A program made the translations under genes and the position numbers. Shown in pieces: positions 27,301 through 39,800 of a stretch of DNA of 64,000 bases (the first letter of the stretch is position 1; each line of letters begins with the position of its first letter). The notes beneath the pieces were generated by a model that was not told where the DNA came from, searched no databases, and saw only the letters and a list, made by a program, of their open reading frames with translations. The DNA is from Camelus dromedarius (lineage: Eukaryota): assembly GCF_036321535.1 (NCBI RefSeq), contig NC_087438.1, positions 7,070,001 to 7,134,000 of the forward strand, read 5' to 3'.

Positions 27301-30300
27301 TGATTTGGGCTTATCGCTGCCAATACAACAGTATCTGTTCTCTTCACCCTGCTTTCTCTTTGGACCCTGTCCTCCCTAAATCTGACTTCTACGTACCCGC
27401 CCTGTGCAGCTGACACCACAGCCTCAGGTGTCTCCAAGTTCAGTGACAACTTCCGGGGCAGGCACGACTTACATGAAGAATGCTGTAACTGTCCCAGAAG
27501 AGCACACCACACTTCTTTCAAGCAGGCGTTCTGAGAACTGTGTGATGACCAGTTACTTTCCCTTTCTGTCAGAACCCCACCATGATTTTCCATGGCCCCA
27601 GCAATGGAACCTCTTGCGCAATATTTCAAGTGCTCTCGCTATTTTAAAATGCATCAGGTCACACTGTTCTTTTGTCGAAAAATAATAACACGTTTCAAAG
27701 TATCCTGTGGACATAGCCAAAGAACACACTTTGAGAGTTAGCTATGAATAGGGCTCGGTTTTAAAGGCAGCTAATGAAAGCCGAACAAACCCCGTCATTC
27801 GAAATTGTTTTGTCATCCACTCACTTTTTTTTTTTTTTTTTAACCAAGCTCAGGCAGAGTTGACTTTGAAAAGGACAGAGTTACAGAGGGCCACCACTGT
27901 GCCGAAGAGAGAGGGGCCATGGAGGCAAAGTGAGCTCCTCTCTCCACCACCCCAAGCAAATATTCTTGGCTCGATTCAGCTGCAGCTGCAGAGCTAGTAA
28001 AATCCGAGAAAAGAAGGAACACAGTGGATAAAGAAGACAGAAATGAAAGACGAAAGTGCAGCCAAGAGAATCTCTAAGATGAGGCAGAGGCATTAGAGAG
28101 AAAAGGAATTTATAACCCAGAGAATACACTTAGCTGAGGCTTCTCACATTTCTACTATCTATGTTAGCATCTTCCGGGTTCAGATAAAAGAATGCTCTGT
28201 CCCGGTCATTATTCATGCTTCTTCTAAAGGCACAAATTCCAGCAGAGGCAATTTCGGGGGGAACTGAACTATTTATTTACTGGAGTCTTGCTTATGACTG
28301 TTGTATCCAGGCAAGAGAACAGATCTGGCTCCCACAGAAAACAGGGCTGGCTTCCTCCCTCCTACAACTCTGGAAGGGGCCCTGCTGACCCAAAATGAGA
28401 GCCAGTTATAAAACCTCGGCAAGGCCAAGGGCGGAGGCAGCACCGCCCAGCGAGGGAAGCCATAAACTAGGTGGAAAGACATCCTCACCCTGCACTTTCC
28501 CAGAACGCATCCTCAGGTGTGGGGTTTAAATCACTCTACCAACTAGTTTCTGTAAACAGGTCACTGGGCATCCACAAATTCAGAACTGCCGGGAGGAAAG
28601 CTCAGTAGGGTGATTAGACCTTACCCGACCTCCTTCACCCAGAGACCTGGTGCCTCTGTGGGGGATGAGTAAGGGCCATGGGGGATGCGTAAGGGCCATG
28701 GGGAAAAGAACGGGGCCCAGGAGGGCTCTAGTCCCCACCTGTCACCCCAGCTCCCTCAACGGCCCGGAGAAGGACCTTTCTTGGGACCAGTATCCCCAGC
28801 TGCGTGACCAAGGGGGAGGCCACCTGTGTCATCCAAGCACGAGGACAAGAGCAGGTGCTTCTTGCAATGGACTGTCCATCTCACCCCAGGAACTCTCTGC
28901 AAGGGACAGAGGGGAGCGGGTAAAGGCTTCTAGATGCCTCTGTCTTCAAGGAGCAAGGAGCTAAAGCTGCACAGTGCTGCTCCCACCAGTGCGCTAGGTC
29001 CTTCCAGCACGTTCCCCAAACCTCTATGGGAGGTAAGGCTGCTCTGATGTCTCCTATTCTTTCTACATGTCCACACCCTCGTCCTCCTTGACCAGGACCC
29101 AGGCATGCTCTCCTGCTGCCCCTAGTCTGCTCAGTGGTGTCCACCCACCTCTGCCTCCCTGGGAAAGCCACGCCTTCACCCTGACCCCAAGAATTTACCA
29201 CCCATCTCCTTCCATGGGGACTCATGTCGTGCGCCCCTGGGATGGACATTTGTCATTTGAACCAATTAAGCATTAATCCCCTTTCTAACAGAATCCAGGT
29301 CTCCTGAAGAATGGCCCCTCCCACCCCTAGACTCACTGGGACATATTGCTGGCAGGTCCCTGTGCCTCCTCTCAGAAGAGCACTCCCCCAGAGCTCTGGG
29401 GACACTGAGGAGGGCAAGAGGCCTTGTTCTCGCCCCCTGCATGGGAGTGAAAAGGCCTATCTTTATCCATTCTGCCCTCCTGCCCCCTGTCTGGATGCAG
29501 AGGCAGTCAGGGCCTTGGACTCCACGCAGGGAGGAGCCTGGGTCCCTGAATCACCACGCGGATCTTGGTGATTCAGTCCAACCACTCGCTGGACTTTTAC
29601 AGAAAAGCAAATTCCATCAGGTCCAGCCACTGAAATGATGTTTTATTTGTTACACGAGCTACAGCTTCCCTAAGGATCTGAGGTAAACAGCAAAGACACT
29701 GAAAGATCACACCTGGTAGGGTAGATGGTCCCAAAAGAAAGGACTCGCCCCACGTTACATTCTGTTTTGCTCTTTGTCTGCACTGATCCATCTCCCAGGT
29801 CTGGTGGGCTCTTTGTCCAGTCCCCCTACCCCCAAGCCTGAAACCCAGTCCTGGTTTTATCTTAAGTTACAAACCCACGACTGTGTCCTGCAGTCCCAGG
29901 CTGTGGCCTCTGGGACACAATCCTCACCCTCGGGCTCTCAGCGAGGAGGGCGCCTTCCTGCCAGGCACCCTCTGGCCCCCTCCCAGACTTCATGATGCTT
30001 GTACTGACCTTTTCTCAAAAGGGCCTGAGGAGGATGTGAGAGAGCCTTGGGGAATTTGGGAGGAACCCCCGTGGGGAGGAGAGCGGGGAGGGAGGGGAGG
30101 TGCCAGGGCAGCTGGATGGGCTGATTCGATGCGGGGAATCATCGAGGGCCCAAGCATCACCCAAAGGTCCAGAGCCAGCAGCACTGGTCAGGTGGCTGTC
30201 TTCTTCCCTCCAGGTTTCATGATGCTTAAAAAGTCAAGCACTGCTCAGGCCCATCTCTCCATGAACACTGCTTTGCCGGAAGTGCATGCTTCACCAGCAG

Positions 30301-30769
30301 ACTATGAGGTTCAGTGGTACCCTTCCACTTGGCTAAGCCTCTATCCCAAGCCCTCCAGATAACCACAGGGTGCAGCTTCCCTGCCCCCAGCCCCTTCTGC
30401 ACTCCCTCCAGCTGGCCCTGAGTCCCTGCCTCTTCTCCGGGGGACTCCTCCAGCCCCAAGCCCACGCAGACCAAGATGACAGTGCCTCCAGAACCTTCCC
30501 TGCTCTCAGGGGCAGATCTGCTGGGTTCTTCCACCCCCTCCCCTGGTCTTCCTGGTCTCCATGCTCCCCCCTGCACACTCAAGGACCTGATATCCTAAAC
30601 ACAAGCAGACTGTGTGTCCAGCTGTTCCTCCATAAACATTTATTGAGCACCTGCTGTGGGCCCGGCAGAGTGTGGGGGCACAGACTCAAGGAGGTGAGGC
30701 AGGCATCGCCCCTGCCCTGAGGAAGCCACTATAGTGGAGTTACTGCACGAGGCAGCACGAGCTCCAGGG

Positions 30770-30832
30770 AGCCTCACACAGGGGTGGGAGCAGCACACAG
30801 AGAGCCTCACACAGGGGTGGGAGCAGCACACA
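30770..30832. repeat. Direct tandem duplication (~31-32 bp x2)
   Basis: gagcctcacacaggggtgggagcagcacaca occurs twice in tandem. Confidence 0.9.
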
Positions 30833-33800
30833 AAGTGACAGGCTGCATTTCCTGTTCACACCCACCGGCTGGAACTAGACATATGCAAGGGGCCTGGGGC
30901 CACCTCCCCACATGTAGGGAAACTATTTACAAAACCTTCAAAACTCTCAGGGTTTTGGCACATAGTTAGCACTGCATAATTTTCAATAAGTAAATGAATG
31001 CATGAATGAATGAAGTTAACTGGGGGGAAATGAAGATACCTCCACAGGCTGGGCAGCAGAGAGTGGGCAGGTGCAGCCCAAGGCACTGCTAGCCGGAGCG
31101 GGGATTTCCTGCAAGTTCTTAGAAGGCCCTCCCTTCTTCAAGACTTCCATCTATCAAAAAAGCATCATAATACACCCAACTTTGTTCGAACAAGACAGTT
31201 CACGGCCCTCTGCTGTAGTAAAATACACAAATTTGCCACGTGATGTGAGTGGCGCCCTCTGGGTACAGGCACCACTGTGCAACGCACAACCTGCACAAGT
31301 GTGCAGAACAGCTCTGAGTGTTGATGGTGAGACCAGATGAGCAGCAGTGGCCAGGCCAATCTGGAAAGCAGGGTCCAAATGTGTGAGGGGATCTCAGGAA
31401 GGACCTGTGGAGTATCAGCCCCTCGTATTTTAACTGCTGGTGGAGAAAAGATACAGGGAGTGAAGCACACCAGCAGAGAGACAAATATGTCTAATTTACA
31501 GACCACAGGGTCGACCAGGTGCCCCAAGGAGCAATCAGCCTCATGCCTGTGGGGTTGTCTTGGGCCCTGGCTGGGCTCTGGTTCCAGGAGGACAGCCTGG
31601 CCAGCAGATAACTCCCACCAGGTGGTGCCATATTGGTTTCAAAAGTTTGCAAGACATCAGGCTGCCAGATGGTGTCGAAATGCTGATTTTGGAGATTCTC
31701 ATTCATGTCAGACACAGGACAAGTTCAGGGCTCTGAGTTCCCACAGAGTCACTGCTGACCCTTGGACTTGAGCCAAGTGTGCAGCTCTGTGGATTGGCTC
31801 TTGTTCATGTGGGTTCCAACCACAGTGCTGCCTTTAGTCCACAGCACCCAGGGACAGCTGGGGTGGTGGCAGGTGTCCTTTACCCTGGCACCCCAATACC
31901 TCCGCAGTCTCCAGTCCTACGAGGTGGCTACACCCATCTCCTCTCAGGCTTTCTGGACCTCTGCCCCATAACACCATGGGGATTCTCAGACATCCTCTCC
32001 CACCTCCAATCAACGTGGCCACATCACACTCTCCCAGTGTGTGAGATCAGTCCCTTTTTTAATTTTTTTCCTATTAAATAGGGGTGTTTTTTTAGCAGTT
32101 TTAGGTTGACAGCAAAATTAAGCAAAAAATACTGAGTGTTCCCACATACTCCCTGTCCCCTGACATACACAGCCTCCCCCGCCATCAACATTCCTTTTGA
32201 AAATGTTTATGCCTATTATTATACTTTTTCACAAAGGAAAAATAAAGTCAACATCAAGGTACACTTCACAACTGGATGCAGAAAATTATGAGAGCCACTA
32301 AGCACTTACAATAATTCACATACATACACACACGCACTTGCACAATGGCTGGGATGCACAACGCCGTTTTTACCAACTATTCCGTTCTTGGACAGCTCAG
32401 GATTTGTCAAGGTTCCCAGTTATCTGAGAATACCTAGTGGACTGTCTCTGGGATAACTCAAGGAGGCAGTCTGCAAACCTTCAGGTTGACATTTTTACAG
32501 AAGTAACAGTAAATCTAGTGGGAATCCTTTACAGTTGTACTTTCCTATGTGAGTGTTGAGCCCTGAAGCATGAGGGATGGATAATCCCTGCAAGATGAAG
32601 GATGGATGTTCCCTGCACCAGTGGACTACTCTTCTCACCCTGCCCTGCCCCGAAGAGAGAGAGAACATACTAAGGACACGGTGATGAGTGTCTAAAGAGT
32701 TCAAGATGCAGGTTGGAAGATGTGCTAGTCTACCTTTATGCTATAAAATTAGTACATTTAACCTGACCACAAATTATCATTCAAGTGTTACTGCATTCTC
32801 TGGGCAAAGGCTGTATTTGTAACCACCACTGACAAAGCACAGTAACCCAACCCCTGAGGTTGTCCCTGGAAGCCAGTGTTCCTGGACAACTTGAGAGATG
32901 ATGTACTTCATGAGGAATACAGTGTAGCCAGCCCTCAGTAAATGGACCCGGGACTGCAGAGGTAAGATGAGCTGTATTGTTCTGATACAAATAGGTTCCA
33001 AAGAGCCACGTGCTATGAGTGACAACAAGGTGAGGGACATGGAATCATCAAGGAGTGGTGTCTTTGGCAATAAACACAATGAAGAGATGGTTCGTAGACT
33101 GGAACAGGAAGAGATGTGCCTGGACAGGAGGAAGCACCTTCATGTGTGCTGATTGGAGGGTCTCTTCTCTACCCACATTCTAAGGCTTTGTTGTAAATCA
33201 GTACATCTCAATGGGCCCCTACATTTTTTTGACATTTTCTTGACATTTTCAATCAAATTGTTAATATGGACGGAGGCCCCACAAAAGAATATCTGCCCAG
33301 GATCCCACACAACTTAGGGGAGGCCCTGGTAAACACCACAGTAAATACTGCTTGATGGGCCTAAGGAAAAGATATTAATGAGCTCAGAGATGAGAACTGG
33401 GAGAAGCCAAGAGTGTGCATCAGAAAGAAAATAAAGAATGCGATCACAGGGATGAGACTTAAATATAGAAAGAAAGAAATGATGGCACGCTTTGCATTTG
33501 AGAATAGTTATATTGTCCCTACGTCTTATATTTTGGACAAAAGAGAAGAAAATCAGCTCTCTATCTTGTCAGAAAATAAATCCATTGAGATTTAGAAAGT
33601 ATACACATGACTGAGACATTTTCTTCTTCAATCATATACCACAAACCTAGCCAACATAACCAATAGAGACATTAATATAGGCTTAAACAAGTGTATCTCC
33701 TAGGCAGATCCTTAAATTCCTTTAATTTTACATTAGGATATAAAATCGCTCATTCTAATCGGTTAGTAAACACGTAGTCCTTCAGAAGCCCCATTGACAA

Positions 33801-36800
33801 AAATACAACACAGTCAGAGGGAAATATACTGCTGTTTCTGTTCTGGCTGTATTTCCATTTCCTAATAGCAATAATGAACTTGAAGCATTGTATTTGCATA
33901 CAGATCGGTCTAGATTCCCGTTTAGCTGCGGCTGTACAGTTAAGCATGTCACTGATGTGCACTTCCCAGCCCCAAAACACAATTTAAAGATCACTTTATG
34001 GGGAGTCGAATTATAGCAATGTGCTTAAAGCATTAAGGCTGTGGCTTTTCCCAACAGTGTTTGGCAACAGGGCAAGGTTCTACGGCACATAAAAGTCAAT
34101 CACAAAGTTCTGAGCTGTTACAGTTCATTGATTGTGGCTGTTCTTTAAGTTTTTTAATAGCTCCCCCAATCCATACTGCCACCCATCCCATTTCCCAAGC
34201 CTTGCCACTGCTCCTTCCTTCCGTCCCCCTTCCTTGCTCGGTGATCACCGGGGCCATGTACAGGGCTGGACACCGGCACAAACACAGCCATGCACAGGCC
34301 TCCCCTCCAGCAGCTCAGAGACCACGTAGGCCGACCGACCGGGAGACAAGCAGGTGCAACACAACGTGAACACTGGTGCATCCCAGTCGCTGCGGAAACA
34401 CGGAAAGGGACGTCTGCCACCGTCCCTTTGAAACAAGCCTCTGTGAACAATAAGCACACAACGGGACAGGGGGTGAGAGTGACACTCCCAGCAGGTGTAG
34501 ACGCACACCGGTGCACTTAAAAGCAAAACAAACTCACAAATGCCCAACTTTCCCTGGAAATAGGGGTGTGGCGGCAGGTGGTGGGGCTGAACTGTAAGAC
34601 AGGGGAAGGGGACGCAAAGTTAGAGCCCAATGATGAACGTCCTTCAATATGAATCCAGGAGCTCACCCTGTGGGCAGCCGAGGGCCACGAAAGGGGTTTT
34701 ATTGGCTTTATTGGTTGGTTATTTGTTGCTGTTGTTTCCTTGTGGGGGAGGAAGAGACGGTAAGAAGTGCATTTTCTAGAGCAACCAGGAGCACAACTGT
34801 GACCGGGTGGAAAAGAGACGGACAGCGGCTCAGAGGCCACTTAACGGCCATCACCGCACTGGGCACAAAGCCCAAGCTGTGAGCTGAGGTGATGGCAGGA
34901 GGACAGGGATCCGGGGCTGTGAGTGGTACTGAAGAAGATGATTCACCAAAGGCTTGGACAATGGATGTGAGGAAGGAGAAGAGTGAAAAATGGCCACAAG
35001 TTTCTACCTTGAGTAAACAGACAGAAGCTAATGTCATTTTTTCAAATTCAGGAATGTCAAAGAAAAAATATTACTTGAGGGAAGTCAGAGTAATTTTGAC
35101 TTTGGACCTGACTTTTGGACAGTCACGTGAAGGGGTCCAAAGGTCACACGGAGGCAAACTAGGCTGCAAATGTGGGATCTGCATGGGTCCCAGGGGAGGG
35201 TGGGGAGGACACAACACTGCGGCGGGGGTCTTACCAGAGGAAGCCGAAGCTGAGACCCACCCCCTAACCCCCACAGCAGGAGATCGGGTTAAAGACCTAA
35301 GGGATCACCTGGAGACAAAACCTACGAAAGTCAAGTGCTGCCGACCAAGGGCTGAACCCAGGAGAAAGCAGCAGGGGCCATGGGCCTTGGCGGAACCGGA
35401 CTGTCCCTAAAGGGGATAAAAACAAGGTCACAAGTGAAGAGACGAGGTGCTGGGGCTTGTCACAGTGGGGGTGAAGGCCCTGGGGTTGGGGTGTGGGTGG
35501 TATGAGCTCAGCTGAAGATGCGTCAACAAGGCGGACCCCCAAAGGGCAAGTGGACACGCGGGTCTAGAATCCAGGAGAGAAGTCCGAGGAGCAGGGATGA
35601 CCTCAGCAGGTCACGCAGTAATTGAAGAAAAGGCACAATGTGCCAGACACAACGCCGTGTCACCAAGGGAAGGCAGCTCGGCCCCAGGAAGGCCTGTGGG
35701 TGGCATTTACCTTGATGAATTCTCCACGGTCGTGGGCTGGCCTCTGGCTGGGCGGCCCAGAAGCTTGACCTGTGCAGAGTGTCAGAGGGGCTGGAGCTGG
35801 CAGGCTGACTCACGCTAACAAAGCAACGGGGTGAACAACTAGTCCCAGGCTTACCACCCACGAGGAGAAACCCAGCTGTCAAGTGGCCTCAAGCCTCTGT
35901 TCCATGTGGCCCTTGCATTCCCGCGCTATGAGCAAACTGGGGAGAAATCCGATGAGTGGTTAGCTGGCGGGCAGGGAGTCAGCCCACGTGAGCTACGTGG
36001 CCTCCTGTGCAGCTGGGGCAGGCTGGGGGTCTGGTGTGCCCGCAGCCGCCAGGTCCTCCCACCTGCTCCTGCCTGATGTGGCACCGTGAGCATCTGTCTC
36101 ACTCTTTGTTCCCCTCCTGACAAGGTCTCTGTTCTCTCTCCACCAAATCATACCCTAAATCCTGCCCTATTACTCACTCCAGCCCCAAGAAGCCCCCGTG
36201 CTCCCAGAGACAACAGAATGGAGTCCAAATGCTGCCACGAGGCTGCTGGCATCAGGCCACATCCCGCCTTTCCAGACTCATCTCCCGCGTAATTGCACAC
36301 CCGATTCACTACAGAAGGTCGTCCTTGCATCCCTGCCGCCCGCTCGCTCCGTGAACCCTGACTCCTCGTTTCCGTGGTGCTAGTGATGACAGCCGAGCCC
36401 CTTCTCTGCTCCGGGCACCGCACTAAGGGCTGCTGAATCCCGACTGGTCCATCTAGTCCTCAGCCCCGGGACGGCGTGCAAGCCTTCGAACCCAGCCCTG
36501 AGCCTGTGGTCCACACTTTCAAAGATTCCACCACACGTAACTGCCTTCCCAAGGCACTGACACAGTCTGCACCGCACAATGTTTGTTTAATCAAAGTGCA
36601 AATAGTTTAGATTTGTACTATGAAAACACATGGATTCGAATCATGACAGCAAGGCCCTTAAAATTAAATGCTTTATTATTTTAAAAACCAAATATTTTCC
36701 TTTACAATAAAATGAAATTGTCAAGGCTGCATGCCTAATTTTAAAATCCATACTTAATTTACTCAACACAGATCTCCTTGGAGGTGTAAGATGGCATTTC

Positions 36801-38880
36801 TTTTCAAACATTCTGTCATTTATACTGCTCCTCCCCCAGATCTTCAAAGCAGGCTGAACTGATGAGGTTTTACTGTGACGCGATCTTCAGTTGGCATCAT
36901 GTAGGAGTTAAGTGTCTTAACTTCAGAGTTTGGTTTCTGCTCCATTAAAACACACACGCTCACGTACACACACACACACATACACACAAGAGGTCCTAGG
37001 TTCAATCCCCAGTACCTCCATTTAAAAAAAAAAAAAAAAAAACAGAGTTTGCCTTCTGGAGCGTAAGAGTTACCACTACCACAAAATTTGCTGGGTGATC
37101 TTAGGCAAATTAACTAACTTCTCTGACCCACATTTCTGCATCTATCAAATGGGGATGATCATCACGGCCCAACCACCGTTAACTGGTGAGGTACACAGAT
37201 AACCTGGGTATGGGACGTCACGGTGAAAACACTCAATTAATGCCAGCTATTCCAACTCCACATTTCATCCTAAAGACATTGTTAGAATATTTTATTTGTA
37301 TTTTAAAATGAGATGTAAAGCTGTCTTTGTTCAATTCTATGCAAGGAACTCTTGGGGAAATTGTAAAAAATAAACAAAATAAATAAAATTAAAATAAAAC
37401 AAACACACACTTGCTTCAGACAGATGGCCAATCTCTGTTTTCCCCTCCGTGGCTCTCTCTCTAAAAAGAAGGGAGCACGGCACGTCTGTGCCACAGTCAG
37501 CGGCGGTGACTCGTTGCTAAAAGAGAGTAAAACTCAGGGCTCTAAATTCTGAATCTTTCAGACAGTCCCTCCATTTTCCAAACATTGCATCAACACCATG
37601 AAAAACTTTAAAATCAATAAAAATAGCTTTGGCGGCAGCAGGCGGTTATTCATACGTTATCTGAAAACAATAAGGTAAAATATACTCTCCATTCAACTCT
37701 CAGGATTATAGGCGCTACAGGTAAGTATTTATTTTTAGCTAACTTTCCCCCTCTTTCTCCCTTCTTGCTCCAGTTGTTCGTTTCGGAGGGTCAGAGAGAG
37801 TTCAGTTGTGCAGAGAAAGTGCTAAGTGCTGGACGGCTCTGTCAGGCTCCTGTATTTAAGGAGACGGAATTGCGTATTACAAGAAAATGATTGCTCGGCT
37901 ACCTTTTCATTAACAATTTGTCTAAAGGCAGACAGACTTAACTGCTTCCACTGAAGTTGGGAAGCAACAAATTGAATGTGTTCCATAAGGATTATGTCAT
38001 ACTTCAAACATATGGTGAGTACACACACCAGGACAGCGCATTTGGAAATAGCGGTGGGTTCCCCGTTGCTTGGTGGCTGTTTAATTGAATAGCCATAAAT
38101 ACTACTAAGGAAAAAAAGGGACCTGTCATCATCTGCACCATCTCAAGTGAAATACTGCAATGATTTTCTTTTATATATATTTCTGGTTCCTTACACATCA
38201 CAGGAAAATCTCTTTGGGGGACCTATGCTGAAGGTTATTAAGGAAACATTCGCTACAAAATGCATCCCAGGTCAGCCTCTTGTAATGGGTTTCCATGTGG
38301 GAGCACGGGGAAGACAGCCAAAGGTGAGGTGGAGACAACTTCTGAATGAGCCCAGGGCCAATGCACAAAAGGCTTCACCAGGTGCATCCCAAGGGCAAAG
38401 AGTCCAACCAAGTTGCTTCTACATCTGTAAACAGAACAGGAAGTCCAGTCACTCCTCATCCTCACCCCATAATGTTCTACATGAAATCCTCTACCTTTTC
38501 AATATGCCAAATAACATTAGCTTGCATTGTCATAACGTATATGGCCAACACGTATACAACAGGTTAAAACCCCAGAACCCCAACTGTGGTTTATTCTGTC
38601 ATGCCTCTGAGACGTGTGTCCACCAGGAAATCCACTCTTGCTCAGTCATCAAAATGTTACTCATTGATGTTGTATGTAAGTTCAAGTACCCAATGCCGAA
38701 AGAGCGATTCTGTTCTCCTGTTTAACAGAAAGAGATCATTAATTACTGCAGAGGGGGAAAAAAAATACTGAAAACTGCCTAATTCTGCACAGAACAAAGG
38801 AAAGCCACAGAGGCTGCACTAGACAAAGCTGGCGCCAAGGGTCAGCAATGGGAGCAGCAGAGTGTTGCTAGAGAGGAGGA

Positions 38881-38975
38881 AGGGAGGTGGGGTCTAGCTC
38901 AGTGGTAGAGCGCATGCTCAGCAAGCACAAGGTCCTGGGTGCAATCTCCAGCACCTCCATTAAGAAAGAAAAAAT
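38881..38975 (+). mobile_element. tRNA-derived SINE (Vic-1-like)
   Basis: 'tagctcagtggtagagcgcatgctcagcaagcacaaggtcctgggtgcaatctccagcacctcca' plus A-rich tail; A- and B-box-like motifs. Confidence 0.85.
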
Positions 38976-39154
38976 AGAGAAGACAAAGGGCAAGGTGTTT
39001 TCTAACAATGTCTGAAGAGAGTAAGTTAATAAGACTGTTGTCATAGCACGGAGATAACTAGAGCAGTTGGCCTCCCACCCTTCTGATAACAAATATTTTT
39101 ATCTACCCCTTTACTACCTTGAAATAGAATCCTTATAAAATATATAATAGTACT

Positions 39155-39800
39155 CATTAAGGTGGCTACTATCAAGACAAAACAGAAAATAATGAGTGTT
39201 GGAGAGGATGTGGAGAAACTGGAACCCTTGTGAACTGTTGGTTGTAATGGTAAATGGTGCAGCCACTATGGAAAACTAGTATGGAGTTTCCTCAAAAAAT
39301 TAGAGTAGAATTACCATATGATCCCGCAGCCCCACTCTGGGTACACATCGAAAGGAAATGGAAGCAGGCTCTCGTGTCCAGAGCAGTATTATTCACAACC
39401 GCCAAGAGGTGGAAACAACTCAAGTGTCCACTGACGATACATGGAAAGACAAAATGTGGTCTGAACATGCAATGGAGTATTATTCTGCCTTAAAAAGACA
39501 GATATTACATGTTACAACATGGATGACCCTTGAGAACACTGAGTGAAATAAGTCAGTTACAAAAAGACAAATTCTGTATGATCCCACTTACATGAGGTAC
39601 ATAAAGTAGTCAAATCCATAGAAACAGAAAGTAGAATGGTAGTTAACTGGGGCTGGGGAGAGAGGGTTGTTGTTTGGGTACAGAGCTTCAGTTTTGCAAG
39701 ATAAAAAAATTCTGAACTGTACACTTTTAAAGTGGTTAAGATGATTTAAAAATACACATATAATAAATACATAACTTCTAACACAAACATAAAAAAAAAT
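39155..39800 (+). mobile_element. LINE-1 (L1MB-like) 3' end
   Basis: 'gagtgttggagaggatgtggagaaactggaaccc'; ORF track 39254-39493 MVQPLWK...ELPYDPA is L1 ORF2 C-terminal-like. Confidence 0.88.

Noticed and set aside
32400..33150. Coding-looking unique sequence considered as a second viral element
   Set aside because: The 3' part resembles an ancient CR1/L3 LINE ORF2 end ('gagatggttcgtagactggaa...gcctggacaggaggaag'), and I found no viral motifs.
38147..38725. 192-aa ORF on the + strand
   Set aside because: Non-ATG start, no recognisable homology and no clear splice structure on this strand.
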